Below the pieces are notes generated by a model. The model searched no databases, had not been told where the DNA came from, and saw only the letters and a program-made list of their open reading frames with translations. A stretch of DNA of 64,000 bases from Spirochaetia bacterium. GTDB lineage: Bacteria > Spirochaetota > Spirochaetia > DSM-27196 > Salinispiraceae. The stretch's first letter is position 1. The number at the start of each line of letters is the position of its first letter. Where the stretch lies: contig JBBRCZ010000001.1 in NCBI GenBank assembly GCA_038204425.1, positions 320,001 through 384,000 of the forward strand. The letters are read 5' to 3'. The position numbers were made by a program, and so were the translations under genes. Shown here piece after piece: positions 48,380 through 58,825 of this stretch.

Positions 48380-49037
48380 ACGGATCTAAGTTTTTAAGTT
48401 CGAATCCAAACACTTGTTCAATACCTCGACAAAATACAATCAAGAATGCACGCATGAGAGAATGTTCCAAATTAGGTAACTCTGGGTCTGCCAAATCTCT
48501 AGCAAAGGCTTCTCTTAAAAAGTTTTTTATTTGATCGTGCTCGGTAAATGATTGCAAGCTAGTGTTTAGTAGTTCATGATGAAAACCAAGATTTCCCATA
48601 TAGCGCCAAAGAAAAATCAGCAAACGCTTTTCTAGCTCGTACCGTTGTCCAATCCATTTGCTTACTGCACGCAACAACTGAGATACAAGTTCAAATGGCC
48701 AAAGCATTTCGAGCTCCAGCGGAGTTTTTTGCACCAACTCACTTACAAAACTCGCTAGGTAGATGGATTGTAGATCTGACCTAATCTCCATCGCGTCATG
48801 CAATAATTCCACATCACGCATGCTTATTTGCTTCTTTTCGAGATCGTGATAGAGCCAAACTCTAAGGTGATTAAAGGGTTGACAAGCACTCCGATTACGC
48901 GATTTTTCGCTGCGGAGTCCAAATGCGTTTACCCAAACGTGGGCTTGGGTTTGAGTCAATAACAATAGACTGGCGTGTTTTTCTGCGAGTGGCCTGATTT
49001 TTAGTACTAAAGCTTCTTCATTTACGTATCGACGCAT
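48366..49037 (-). CDS. recO: DNA repair protein RecO
   Basis: EALVLK...E...LLT...AFGLRSEKSR...QPF OB-fold N-terminus, then a helical domain. Confidence 0.8.
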   Translation of the reverse strand: MRRYVNEEALVLKIRPLAEKHASLLLLTQTQAHVWVNAFGLRSEKSRNRSACQPFNHLRVWLYHDLEKKQISMRDVELLHDAMEIRSDLQSIYLASFVSELVQKTPLELEMLWPFELVSQLLRAVSKWIGQRYELEKRLLIFLWRYMGNLGFHHELLNTSLQSFTEHDQIKNFLREAFARDLADPELPNLEHSLMRAFLIVFCRGIEQVFGFELKNLDPFILS

Positions 49038-49067
49038 TACCCTTGCCTTTAGTATATTCTTGCGATC

Positions 49068-51425
49068 ATGTCAAATCAACAGATCGTACCACTCGAGCAC
49101 ACTCTACCCAGCAAACTTAGAATTATTCCACTTTCTGGTAAACCGATTTACCCAGGGATAATAACTCCTTTGATGCTCAACAGTCCCGAAGATCTTCAAT
49201 CAGTCGAAGAAGTTCTAGATTCGGACGGATTTCTTGGCTTAGTATTGGTCAAAGATCCCGACCAAGAAGATCCTGACTCAAGCGACTTGTATAAGACCGG
49301 AACTATAGCAAGAATAATAAAGAAGATTAATCTACCTGACGGTGGTATTAACGTAATCATCACTACGCTTAAGCGCTTTACTATCAAAAAGTACGTGCAA
49401 AAACAGAAGCCTTTGGTAGCTATTGTGACCTATCCTGAAGAAATTCTGGAAGAAACTATAGAAGTTAAGGCTCTAACGCGCTTCCTCTTAACTGAAATGA
49501 AGGCAATCTCCGAGAACAACCCGCTTTTTTCGGAAGAAATGCGGCTCAACATGGTCAACATCGACCATCCGGGTAAAATCGCCGATTTTGTTACAGGCAT
49601 TCTAAATATAGATCGCAAAGACCAACAGAAGATTCTGGAAACTTTTGATATCAAGTTGCGTATGGAACACGTCTTGGTCTTTATCAAGAAGGAACAAGAA
49701 TTACTAAAGATCCAGAAAAAGATTCAATCTCAGATCAATGATAAAATAGAGCATAGTCAACGAGAATACTTTCTTAAGGAACAACTTAGACTGATCAAGC
49801 AAGAGCTCGGTATTGCCGTCGACACCAAAAGTGAGGAATACAATCGATTTGTGGAAGCCATGAAGAAACTAAGCCTGACAGGGGAAGTAAAGGATCAGGT
49901 AGAAAGAGAATTGGAGAAATTCTCTTTGATGGATCCCAATGGTTCCGAATACCACGTAACCAGAAACTACCTCGAAACCATTTTTAGCCTGCCATGGAAG
50001 GATGCAGATCCAGTCAAAATTGATTTGATTAAGGCTCGTCGTATTTTGGATGCTGATCACTACGGCCTCGAGGACGTTAAAGAGAGAATACTTGAATACC
50101 TTGCAGTAATGAGTAGATCAGGAAGCACCCGCGGTTCTATCCTATGTCTGGTCGGCCCACCCGGAGTTGGCAAGACCAGCATTGGGAAGTCTATCGCTCG
50201 GGCGCTCAAAAAAGAATTCTTTCGGTTTTCCGTTGGTGGGATGCGCGATGAAGCCGAAATCAAAGGCCACAGACGAACGTATGTCGGAGCGATGCCTGGA
50301 AAAATAATTCAAGGACTAAAAATAGTTAAGAGTCCGAACCCTGTGTTTATGATCGACGAGATTGACAAGTTGGGCCAAAGTTACCAAGGAGATCCTTCTT
50401 CTGCGCTACTTGAGGTTCTCGACCCAGAACAAAACAGTGCGTTTCGCGACCACTATCTGGACTTACCTTTTGACATCAGCAGAATCATGTTTATAACAAC
50501 TGCCAACACAATAGACAGTATTCCTGCTCCCTTGCTTGATCGCATGGAAGTGATCCGCTTGTCCGGTTATATCGCGCAAGAAAAAATCTCGATCGCCAAG
50601 AAATATTTGATTCCCAAAAGTGCGAAGAAGCATGGCTTGGCAGCCAACGAGGTAGTCTTTGAAAAATCTGCCTTACTGTCAATCGCTGAGGACTATGCAC
50701 GTGAAGCTGGCGTACGAAACTATGAAAAATTTCTAGATAAGATCCATCGAAAAATCACTAAAAAGCTTGTCGAGGGTAATGTGAGCACACCTATCAACAT
50801 TGAATCCTCAGACCTAGAAGCATATCTCGGTATGCCACTTTGGCGTGGAGATGAGCAAATTGACAACAAGCAGGCAGGAATTGTAACTGGGCTGGCTTGG
50901 ACTAATTATGGTGGGGATACCTTAAGCATTGAGGCTATTGCCATACCCGGAAAAGAAGGTTTTACCTTGACTGGGCAGTTGGGCTCGGTAATGCAGGAAT
51001 CAGCTGGTATTGCATTGTCATACGTAAAGTCAATTGCACCGTCCTGGGGTGTAAGTCCTGATTTTTTTACCCAACATGGTATTCATTTGCACATTCCAGC
51101 TGGCGCAACGCCAAAAGATGGACCATCGGCTGGCATAACTATGGCATCTTGTCTTTTGTCGTTGATTACCAACAAAAGGATTGATACCAAAACGGCCATG
51201 ACAGGGGAACTGAGCCTTGCTGGCCGCGTGCTAGCAATTGGTGGTCTAAAAGAAAAAACGATCGCCGCGCGAAGAGCAGGAATTAAAGACATTATTATTC
51301 CAAAAGCCAACGAACGTGACCTTACTGAAATTCCTGACATAATCAAAAAGGACATCCGTTTTCATGCTTGCACTTCTATCGATCAGGTTTTTGCGCTAAT
51401 ATTTGTAAAAAAAGGTGACAAATGA
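49068..51425 (+). CDS. lon: ATP-dependent protease La
   Basis: DHYGLEDVKERILE, GPPGVGKTS, IDEIDK, LLEVLDPEQN, PKDGPSAG, IGGLKEK. Confidence 0.99.
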   Translation: MSNQQIVPLEHTLPSKLRIIPLSGKPIYPGIITPLMLNSPEDLQSVEEVLDSDGFLGLVLVKDPDQEDPDSSDLYKTGTIARIIKKINLPDGGINVIITTLKRFTIKKYVQKQKPLVAIVTYPEEILEETIEVKALTRFLLTEMKAISENNPLFSEEMRLNMVNIDHPGKIADFVTGILNIDRKDQQKILETFDIKLRMEHVLVFIKKEQELLKIQKKIQSQINDKIEHSQREYFLKEQLRLIKQELGIAVDTKSEEYNRFVEAMKKLSLTGEVKDQVERELEKFSLMDPNGSEYHVTRNYLETIFSLPWKDADPVKIDLIKARRILDADHYGLEDVKERILEYLAVMSRSGSTRGSILCLVGPPGVGKTSIGKSIARALKKEFFRFSVGGMRDEAEIKGHRRTYVGAMPGKIIQGLKIVKSPNPVFMIDEIDKLGQSYQGDPSSALLEVLDPEQNSAFRDHYLDLPFDISRIMFITTANTIDSIPAPLLDRMEVIRLSGYIAQEKISIAKKYLIPKSAKKHGLAANEVVFEKSALLSIAEDYAREAGVRNYEKFLDKIHRKITKKLVEGNVSTPINIESSDLEAYLGMPLWRGDEQIDNKQAGIVTGLAWTNYGGDTLSIEAIAIPGKEGFTLTGQLGSVMQESAGIALSYVKSIAPSWGVSPDFFTQHGIHLHIPAGATPKDGPSAGITMASCLLSLITNKRIDTKTAMTGELSLAGRVLAIGGLKEKTIAARRAGIKDIIIPKANERDLTEIPDIIKKDIRFHACTSIDQVFALIFVKKGDK

Positions 51426-52315
51426 CTAGGTCAAGTTTGAAGTTCAAGTCCAAATCAAAATTTCTGTTTGTATATCTGTTTCTTTTTATGACTCTTGTAT
51501 CTTGTGATGCTAAAAACTCAAATGAATTGGTCAGAGCTGAGAAAACGCAGTTAGAGCAATCAAGTCCGTTTGGCAAACCAAACCAAGAGCTTATTGCCAT
51601 AACAAGCCCCTTACCCACTGCAATAACAGCCCGTATTTTAGGTCAAGCAACTAGCTTTATGAGCCTTGTTTCTCAAGTACTCTCGCAGCATGAACTAATA
51701 GTCTTGGTTGACAAACAGCATGGATTACCTGCTGACTATCAACCAAATGATTTGGTCAATTTAGCTAATTTTTCGGCACAGTTTTCCGTTAGTCGCAAAG
51801 ATCATTCGTTGCGAAGATCCGCTGCTAAAGCATTGGCAGAAATGAACAAAGCTGCTCTCAAAGCAGACATTACTTTGTTGATTTCATCGACGTTTCGTAG
51901 CTTTAGCTACCAAAGTACAGTATTTTCACGCAATGTTCGAGAGCAAGGTCAAAAAGAAGCCGAACGCGTTAGTGCCAGACCTGGAACGAGTCAACATCAA
52001 CTTGGTACCGCAATAGACTTTGGAAGCATTACTCAAGATTTTGCGTACACCAAAGCCGGAAAATGGCTCTTTGAACAGGCAGGCAAACATGGATGGTCGC
52101 TGTCGTACCCTGAGGGGGCTGAGGATTTGACAGGCTATATGTGGGAACCTTGGCACTATCGATACCTTGGCATAGCCGCTTGCCAGTTGCAAAAAGATTT
52201 TTTTGAAGATTCACAACAAACTATGCTTACGTTCTTACATTACAATCGTGAGCAATTGATCAAATTATCGGCTCAACAGAAAACACCAACCACCTTGCAG
52301 CAGGCGATCAACTAA
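51422..52315 (+). CDS. M15B (VanY-like) D,D-carboxypeptidase lipoprotein
   Basis: Lipobox LVS-C, STFRSFSYQ, SARPGTSQHQLGTAID, WEPWHYRY. Confidence 0.92.
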   Translation: MTRSSLKFKSKSKFLFVYLFLFMTLVSCDAKNSNELVRAEKTQLEQSSPFGKPNQELIAITSPLPTAITARILGQATSFMSLVSQVLSQHELIVLVDKQHGLPADYQPNDLVNLANFSAQFSVSRKDHSLRRSAAKALAEMNKAALKADITLLISSTFRSFSYQSTVFSRNVREQGQKEAERVSARPGTSQHQLGTAIDFGSITQDFAYTKAGKWLFEQAGKHGWSLSYPEGAEDLTGYMWEPWHYRYLGIAACQLQKDFFEDSQQTMLTFLHYNREQLIKLSAQQKTPTTLQQAIN

Positions 52316-52318
52316 AAC

Positions 52319-53608
52319 ATGGAGTTACTTGCACCAGCAGGCGACTTGGATAAACTTGAGGCCGCATGGCGCTTTGGAGCCGACGCAGCCTATCTTGGTT
52401 TGCCTGGTATGTCACTTAGGGCAAACACTGGGTTTCTTAGTCCTGGTGACATAGAAAGACTCAATTCACTCAAATCAGATTTTCCGCAAAAAAAGTGGTA
52501 CGCTGCAGTAAATCGCTATTGTAAACCTGATGACTTTTCTCGCGTGGATAGTTTGTGTCAGACCATCGAAGCAGCACAACCTGATGGTTTGATAGTCGCG
52601 GACCTAGGACTGTTTAGTATTCTTAAAGCAAGCTTTCCAAACTTTAAGTTTCATCTCAGTACTCAAGCTAATACACTCAATGCCTACGCTGTTGCCCTGT
52701 ATCGAGACCTTGGATTCTCTAGAATCGTCTTGGCACGAGAATTGAGTCTCAGCGATATTGAAACGATTCGCAAACAGGTTCCTGATATCGAACTTGAAGT
52801 TTTTGTCCACGGCGCTATGTGCTTAGCACTCTCGGGACGTTGTTTGATTAGCACGTGGACTACGGGCCGTAGTGCAAACTCGGGCGACTGTACTCACTCA
52901 TGTCGTTGGGACTACAAACTTTTGGAAAAAAAGCCTGAATTAGTGCTCGAAGAATCTAAACGTCCAGGGGAGTATTATCCTGTAATTGAAGAAGACTCAT
53001 TCACTAGTCTAATGTCTTCAAAGGACTTAAGTATGATCGCACACTTGGACCAGCTCAAGGCCTGCGGAGTTGACAGCATCAAAATTGAAGGACGCATGAA
53101 ATCGGTCTATTATGTTTCGCTCCTAAGCGGACTATACCGCAAAGCTTTGGAAAGTCTGCAACTATCAGACCACGGCGAGTGCTACCGTAGAACTATCGAC
53201 TACTTGGAAAAAGAGCTCGATCAACTTAGCCAACGCGATCGAGGCACCGGATTTTATTTTGGCGACCAATCGGCAATGCAAATAGCATCGCGTGGTTATA
53301 AGTCAAACTATGCTTTTTTGGCTCACGTTCGACAAGAGAAAGAACTATCGGCTTCCTTTATAACCGGATCATCTAGTGAGCCTTGGTATTGTTATCAAAT
53401 TGACGTCAAAAATCCTTTTTCTATGCAGGACACTGTGGAACTGCTTCTTCCCGGACTTTTAACGCAACCGTTAAAAAATGCTCAACTTTTTGATTCAAAA
53501 TCTATTGCGCGTCAACGCTGTGTATCGGGGCAGTTCTGGGATCTCTATGTTAAAGATAGACTCCCAATAGGAACTATTTTAAGAAAATTACAGATAGAAA
53601 CCCCTTGA
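52319..53608 (+). CDS. Peptidase U32 family protein (TrhP-like tRNA hydroxylation)
   Basis: ELLAPAG, GADAAY, HLSTQAN, VLARELS, EVFVHGAMCLALSGRC...CTHSCR, KIEGRMK. Confidence 0.92.
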   Translation: MELLAPAGDLDKLEAAWRFGADAAYLGLPGMSLRANTGFLSPGDIERLNSLKSDFPQKKWYAAVNRYCKPDDFSRVDSLCQTIEAAQPDGLIVADLGLFSILKASFPNFKFHLSTQANTLNAYAVALYRDLGFSRIVLARELSLSDIETIRKQVPDIELEVFVHGAMCLALSGRCLISTWTTGRSANSGDCTHSCRWDYKLLEKKPELVLEESKRPGEYYPVIEEDSFTSLMSSKDLSMIAHLDQLKACGVDSIKIEGRMKSVYYVSLLSGLYRKALESLQLSDHGECYRRTIDYLEKELDQLSQRDRGTGFYFGDQSAMQIASRGYKSNYAFLAHVRQEKELSASFITGSSSEPWYCYQIDVKNPFSMQDTVELLLPGLLTQPLKNAQLFDSKSIARQRCVSGQFWDLYVKDRLPIGTILRKLQIETP

Positions 53609-53693
53609 TTGTTGAGGGTCGCGATTCAAGTATGTTATCGTACCGGCAAGTTTTTTAGTAAATAAAGTTATTCTCTTTTGTAAGGAAGTAGGC

Positions 53694-55067
53694 ATGTCAA
53701 ACAGCAAGTCCAAGTATGATCTAGATAGTAATTTTGCTTCAATTGGTCTCAAGATTCCTTATTTGCTCTTGCCCGCAAAAAATATTGATCTTACAAAATG
53801 GGCTGTTGTTGCTTGTGATCAGTACACCTCAGATCAACTTTATTGGCAAGAAGTCGACCAGATTGTTGGCCAAGCCGAATCTAGCCTGCGGATAACTTTA
53901 CCAGAAATCTTTCTTGAAGCTGCGAACGTGGAAGACAGAATACATGCTATCCACGCCGCAATGAACAGCTACATTACAGACGGTGTTTTAGTAGAGCATG
54001 ACCCCGCCTTAGTCTATGTTGAACGAACAACCGAGGCATCAGGTTTACGGCAGGGACTCATAGTTGCCGTTGATTTAGAGCATTACGACTATGCCCCCGA
54101 CTCGACTACACTCATTCGAGCAACAGAGGGCACTATCGTCGACAGAATTCCACCCCGACTTCGTGTTCGAAAAAAAGCAGCTTTAGAGATTCCGCACATA
54201 ATGATTCTGATTGATGATCCAAATTTCACTGTTATTGAGCCATTGCAGAAGCAAAGCACCGGTTTGGAAAGCCTCTATGAAGTCGAGCTGATAAAACACG
54301 GTGGCAAGCTGAAAGGATTTTTGCTTGATGATTTACAAAACCTGCAAGCAATCTATGATGCGCTCTACACGCTTTTTGAAGCAAGCAAAAAAAATCAGAA
54401 CACAAAAACACCCTTGTTCTTTGCAATGGGCGACGGAAACCATTCCTTGGCAACAGCAAAGGCCCATTGGGTTGCACTTAAAGCAGAGCTACTTGATAAA
54501 AAGATTAGTCAAGATGAAGTAATGAAGCACCCTGCCCGCTTTGCTTTGGCAGAAATTGTCAACATACATTCTAACGGCCTGCGCTTTGAACCTATTCACC
54601 GAGCGGTTTTTTCCAAAAAACCGCAAGAGTTTATCCACATGGCAAAAAAGTCAGCTTTGGTTCAAAAGATCACGCTCACTAGCGAACAAGACGCCAAGTC
54701 TTTGATCGATAGTGAACAAGGCAAGCAGTCGGCAGTTCTTTTTGCAGGGGGCGATTTTCTGCGGCTTGATTTTGTCAACAAAGACCTCCTTCCACCGGCC
54801 CAAATTGATTTGTTGTATCAAGAGTTCAAAACCAACTTTGATCCATCAGCTAAAGTTGACTTTATACATGGTTGGGAAGACTGTACTAAGTTAATCAACG
54901 AAAACGCTGTTGCTTGTTTGGTTCCGGTAATTGCTCGTGCTGAACTTTTTTCATGGGTTGCGCAAAACGGACCGCTACCGAGAAAAGCCTTTAGCATGGG
55001 AGAAGCTGAAGAAAAACGATACTATCTTGAGGCAAAGAGCATTGAAACAACGAAAAAAACCAACTAA
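53694..55067 (+). CDS. DUF1015 family protein
   Basis: WAVVACDQYTS, DLEHYDY, IRATEGT...RIPPR, FAMGDGNHSLATAK, FEPIHR, LPRKAFSMGEA.EKRYYLE. Confidence 0.88.
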   Translation: MSNSKSKYDLDSNFASIGLKIPYLLLPAKNIDLTKWAVVACDQYTSDQLYWQEVDQIVGQAESSLRITLPEIFLEAANVEDRIHAIHAAMNSYITDGVLVEHDPALVYVERTTEASGLRQGLIVAVDLEHYDYAPDSTTLIRATEGTIVDRIPPRLRVRKKAALEIPHIMILIDDPNFTVIEPLQKQSTGLESLYEVELIKHGGKLKGFLLDDLQNLQAIYDALYTLFEASKKNQNTKTPLFFAMGDGNHSLATAKAHWVALKAELLDKKISQDEVMKHPARFALAEIVNIHSNGLRFEPIHRAVFSKKPQEFIHMAKKSALVQKITLTSEQDAKSLIDSEQGKQSAVLFAGGDFLRLDFVNKDLLPPAQIDLLYQEFKTNFDPSAKVDFIHGWEDCTKLINENAVACLVPVIARAELFSWVAQNGPLPRKAFSMGEAEEKRYYLEAKSIETTKKTN

Positions 55068-55133
55068 ACTCAAAAAAATTTGTACTTTACCTAAATAACC
55101 TATAGTGTTACAATAAATGGTGGAGGTGCTCTG

Positions 55134-56090
55134 TTGTTAATTTTTGACAAAAAGCCCTTGGTTTTTTTGGCAGTTTTTTGTGCCGCCTTTAGCTCAGCAG
55201 TGTCTCAGCTGCCCAATAGCCAGATAGTTTTTACCTACGCCGGACTGCACGTTTCAAAACCAGCCGGTGCCGTGATAAGTCCAATAGAAATGCAACTCTT
55301 GGACACAAGAATAAAAGCCGCCCTTCTAGAGGTAGCAAGACAAGAAAACTATCGTATAGTGGAACTGGATATGCAGAATGTGCTTGGCCAACTTCCTGAT
55401 GAGTCATATATTGTACCGCTAATCAGACATGCCAGAACCAATGGAACAGCATTAAGTGGCAATGGACTAATTTTTTGTTCACTTAGTTTCAAGCAAGATC
55501 GTATGACGTTCAACGCACAAATGTACTCAACACCAAGCTTTGAGCTTGTCATGGAAATGAATGATAGTGGAAAAACCATAGACGAAATATTGAACCATAT
55601 CAGGCATCCGCTTTATGGTCTGTTTGGCATTAGCCCCCCCGGCAATACACAAGTGGCCACCAACTCTTCCAGCAGAACCAGTGTAGGTGCTTTTCTTCAG
55701 AACAAAGACATAACATTCTCAGACGTTAGGGGTGTCTGGCAAGGCGACTATGGCATTGGAAAAGTAGAGCTGTTTGGAGATGGCACTGGTTTGGCCCACC
55801 TCAACGAAAGCGAATCTATCAAGATTAAGATCCTTGTTGATGGCAATACCATATTGATTAAACAAGACGAAGCAAACTCTCCAAAGATCTACTTGCCAAT
55901 ATTTCCGTACTCGATTGCTAGTCAAGCAGTAAGGCTTGCTAGACCAATTAGCTGGGAATTTAAGCTAACAGTAGAAAGAGATCGGTTATTTGGTGTAAAA
56001 AACACTAGCTATTTCTATATTGAACAAGGAAAAGTAATTCAAGTGGACAATACCTATTCCAGAGATGCAGTCTGGATTCGTATCCCATGA
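55134..56090 (+). CDS. Exported protein resembling the spirochaete TP0183 family
   Basis: SD GGAGG before TTG, signal peptide, C-terminal GVWQGD...ISWEF...LFGVKNT pattern; family call from recall. Confidence 0.55.
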   Translation: MLIFDKKPLVFLAVFCAAFSSAVSQLPNSQIVFTYAGLHVSKPAGAVISPIEMQLLDTRIKAALLEVARQENYRIVELDMQNVLGQLPDESYIVPLIRHARTNGTALSGNGLIFCSLSFKQDRMTFNAQMYSTPSFELVMEMNDSGKTIDEILNHIRHPLYGLFGISPPGNTQVATNSSSRTSVGAFLQNKDITFSDVRGVWQGDYGIGKVELFGDGTGLAHLNESESIKIKILVDGNTILIKQDEANSPKIYLPIFPYSIASQAVRLARPISWEFKLTVERDRLFGVKNTSYFYIEQGKVIQVDNTYSRDAVWIRIP

Positions 56091-56533
56091 CCTTTTCTTC
56101 TTCGGCCTGAGCTTGGTTCTAAACTCAACAGGTTTAGAACTATTAGTGACAGAAGTGCCAAACACAAAGACACTCCAAGGCTCAGACTGTTAGATTGGTT
56201 GCTGTTACTTGTCCTAGTCATCACTTTGCCCGGTGAAAAATGCGTTAGGTCGGCTTGCGACCTTGTCCGAATCGCAATATCGTACTTTGAAATTAAACCA
56301 AGCCGCTGTGCTTCATCTTGAAGCCGAGTTGCATCACTTGAAAGTCTGTCAATCTCACTTCCATATTGGTGTTTAATGTTCTCTAGATCAATAATATTGA
56401 GCTGAAGTCTTTGTTCGTATTTTTCAAGTTCTGCCAGTGCCTCAATGCCTGCTGGCCCCCAAATACTCTGAAAGAACTGAAACGACGAGAAAAAAATACA
56501 AAAGGCAAGTACAGGCTGCGAGAGTTTCACCAT
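56054..56533 (-). CDS. Septum formation initiator (FtsB/DivIC-like)
   Basis: TM ending IWGPAG, coiled coil, LQDEAQRLGL, extra C-terminal TM. Confidence 0.7.
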   Translation of the reverse strand: MVKLSQPVLAFCIFFSSFQFFQSIWGPAGIEALAELEKYEQRLQLNIIDLENIKHQYGSEIDRLSSDATRLQDEAQRLGLISKYDIAIRTRSQADLTHFSPGKVMTRTSNSNQSNSLSLGVSLCLALLSLIVLNLLSLEPSSGRRRKGHGIRIQTASLE

Positions 56534-56599
56534 TTCATTTACGGTCTAAACAAAACAATTCTTTAGAACCATAACGAGAGATAAGCACCTGGTCCAAGA

Positions 56600-56628
56600 T
56601 TGACAGCTACATTGCCATACAGTAGATT
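56600..56628 (+). promoter_or_regulatory. sigma70 promoter of the acidic-protein/Maf operon
   Basis: TTGACA-17 nt-TAGATT. Confidence 0.7.
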
Positions 56629-56709
56629 AAAATTATGGACGGCGAGCTTCAAGTTAAAGACTGGCTTGGCCGATGATTAAATGTCTTGTGTTGTTGTGTA
56701 TGAGGAATT

Positions 56710-58824
56710 ATGCCTATTTTTAAAGAACCGGATGATTTACCAGCACTTGACGAATCCGGCTTGGACGAATACGGAGTATGGGTTAAACTTGGGTCAGACG
56801 GTGTGGATTTAGATAAAGTTAACTTGCTGGATGATATTGAAGAAATTGAAGTTAAAGACGAGACTTATCTTGATAGTCCGTTGAGTCTTGATCTTGAGGA
56901 CGAGCTGACTATAGCCGATCCAATGCTGGATGGTATATCCAGTGCAGATTTTTCAGAGGGACAGGAATCAGAGCTTATGAGTAACCAAGAAAAAAAATAT
57001 GACTTGCTTGCAAATGATTCACAAAATTCGGGACTCAGCCAGGATTCTGATATAGATCTTTCGGGTACTGATGATCTGAGCGATCTTTCTGAGCTGCTAT
57101 TGAGTATCGACGAGGAAGTAAACGAAGACGAAACCATTTACTTAGAAGATGATGAATTGTCATTAGACTTGGATTCTGGTTCTGAAGATATTCTTCTCGA
57201 GCCCGAAGGAACCGACGCGGGTAATGGTGACGACTACTCTGGGGATATTGAGATCCCAGGCCTCGATGATGATTTGTCAGTTCTTTCTTTTGATGATGAC
57301 AGCGGAGTAGATTTTTCGGCTTTGGATTTGGAAGAAGACTCACAGCAAGACTCACTTTCAGCTCTTGATAAACCGCAGAAAGCGGAAATTGAACTTCACA
57401 ATATCGAAGAAGTCGGACTCGATGAATTTATTGACATCAACGAAGATGAAACCAGCCCTTCACTCTCCAATGAGGAAGAAGACGAACTGCTTCTCATCAA
57501 TGAGCCGGATTCTGAGGAAGGTATCATCATAGACGAAAGTCTGCCGTCACTTGATGATGACTTTGAAACCAGTGAAGTAGAATTGGGCACATTCAAAAAC
57601 GATTCTGACTTTGACGCTTCAGAGTTTATGCTAGATTCCCAAGAAGATATGATCAACGTAACAGCTGCTGAAGATGATTTAGAGGTTCGTGTAGGCGGCT
57701 TTGACGACGTTGCAGCCGTAGAACGAGCGTTTAGCCAAGAAGAGGCACCAAGCCGCAAAGAATCAGTTGCAGAGACCGTTACAGAGAGGCATAAAGAGTC
57801 AGTTTTGGGTAACCGAGTTGAGCATGATTCGCTGCGAAGTATCGAAGAAGAACTACACGCTATCCGCAGCGAACTAACAGATCTACGCATTGAACTGAAA
57901 CGCCTGAGAACTAAAGACTCAACTAGTAACAACGTGGCAGATTTGGCTGAGCAAAAACCGTTGGACAGTCTCTCCGTTGACCCAATTGAGCAACATCAGT
58001 TGGAGTCTAACGAAACTGAGACAAATAATCTAAGTGATGATGAAACCATAGGTGGCTTCTTTGAAGATGACGAAGATGAAACGATAGCTTTGACCGGTGA
58101 CGAACTAGACAATATTCTTAATTCCGCGGAGTTCACTGAAGAAGAAGGCGAACCAACACAAATAGATGAATCTGAAGAGCTGGTAAGTGCCACTTCAGCA
58201 TCTGATGACCTACCTATCCTTGCTTTTGAAGACCAAGCAGAAAATGACGCTTTTTCACCTATAGAAGAGATCAGTCTGCAAGAAATCTCTGATGAAGACT
58301 CTAATCAAGAACTCGGCGATTTTGACCTCGGTCCGAGCAATGAAGAAGTGTTTGGAGTAGAAGATAGCAGTTTGCTTGATGAGGACGACCATGAAGAAGT
58401 TCGTTCCATGGCGCAGCTGGACATCGAAAAGGAACTGGCAGACATCGAGGATTTACAGGATGATGAGGATGATCTTGAGGTTTTTTCGTCTGATGAAATT
58501 GCAGATATATCAATCGATATTCCAGAAGATCTCGACCTAAATCCAAATGAGGATAATTGGGAAACCATAGAATCATTAGACAACCTACCGGAGCAAGCGC
58601 AAAACTCTGTTGAAAGTCCAAACGATACTATGAACAATACTGCAAACGACTCAGCCAGTTTACCTTCAGAACCAGTAACGCACTCATTAAAACAAGAAAT
58701 TAAAGCTGTCCTATCGTACATGGATAGGCTTCTCGAGTCACTTCCTGAAGAAAAAATTGAAGAGTTTGCACGATCAGAGCATTTTGAAGTCTATAAAAAA
58801 CTCTTTGAAGAGTTGGGGATTTGA
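56710..58824 (+). CDS. Highly acidic low-complexity protein with central coiled coil and helical C-terminus
   Basis: SD GAGGA; Asp/Glu-rich throughout; ordered-looking islands LDEYGVWVK, LRSIEEELHAIRSELTDLRIELKRL, ETIALTGDELDNIL, LKQEIKAVLSYMDRLLESLPEEKIEEFA. Confidence 0.85.
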   Translation: MPIFKEPDDLPALDESGLDEYGVWVKLGSDGVDLDKVNLLDDIEEIEVKDETYLDSPLSLDLEDELTIADPMLDGISSADFSEGQESELMSNQEKKYDLLANDSQNSGLSQDSDIDLSGTDDLSDLSELLLSIDEEVNEDETIYLEDDELSLDLDSGSEDILLEPEGTDAGNGDDYSGDIEIPGLDDDLSVLSFDDDSGVDFSALDLEEDSQQDSLSALDKPQKAEIELHNIEEVGLDEFIDINEDETSPSLSNEEEDELLLINEPDSEEGIIIDESLPSLDDDFETSEVELGTFKNDSDFDASEFMLDSQEDMINVTAAEDDLEVRVGGFDDVAAVERAFSQEEAPSRKESVAETVTERHKESVLGNRVEHDSLRSIEEELHAIRSELTDLRIELKRLRTKDSTSNNVADLAEQKPLDSLSVDPIEQHQLESNETETNNLSDDETIGGFFEDDEDETIALTGDELDNILNSAEFTEEEGEPTQIDESEELVSATSASDDLPILAFEDQAENDAFSPIEEISLQEISDEDSNQELGDFDLGPSNEEVFGVEDSSLLDEDDHEEVRSMAQLDIEKELADIEDLQDDEDDLEVFSSDEIADISIDIPEDLDLNPNEDNWETIESLDNLPEQAQNSVESPNDTMNNTANDSASLPSEPVTHSLKQEIKAVLSYMDRLLESLPEEKIEEFARSEHFEVYKKLFEELGI

Positions 58825-58825
58825 C

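Noticed and set aside
56865..58721. Several long Ser-rich antisense ORFs (up to 178 aa)
   Set aside because: Shadow frames produced by the GAA/GAT codon bias of the acidic protein on the opposite strand.
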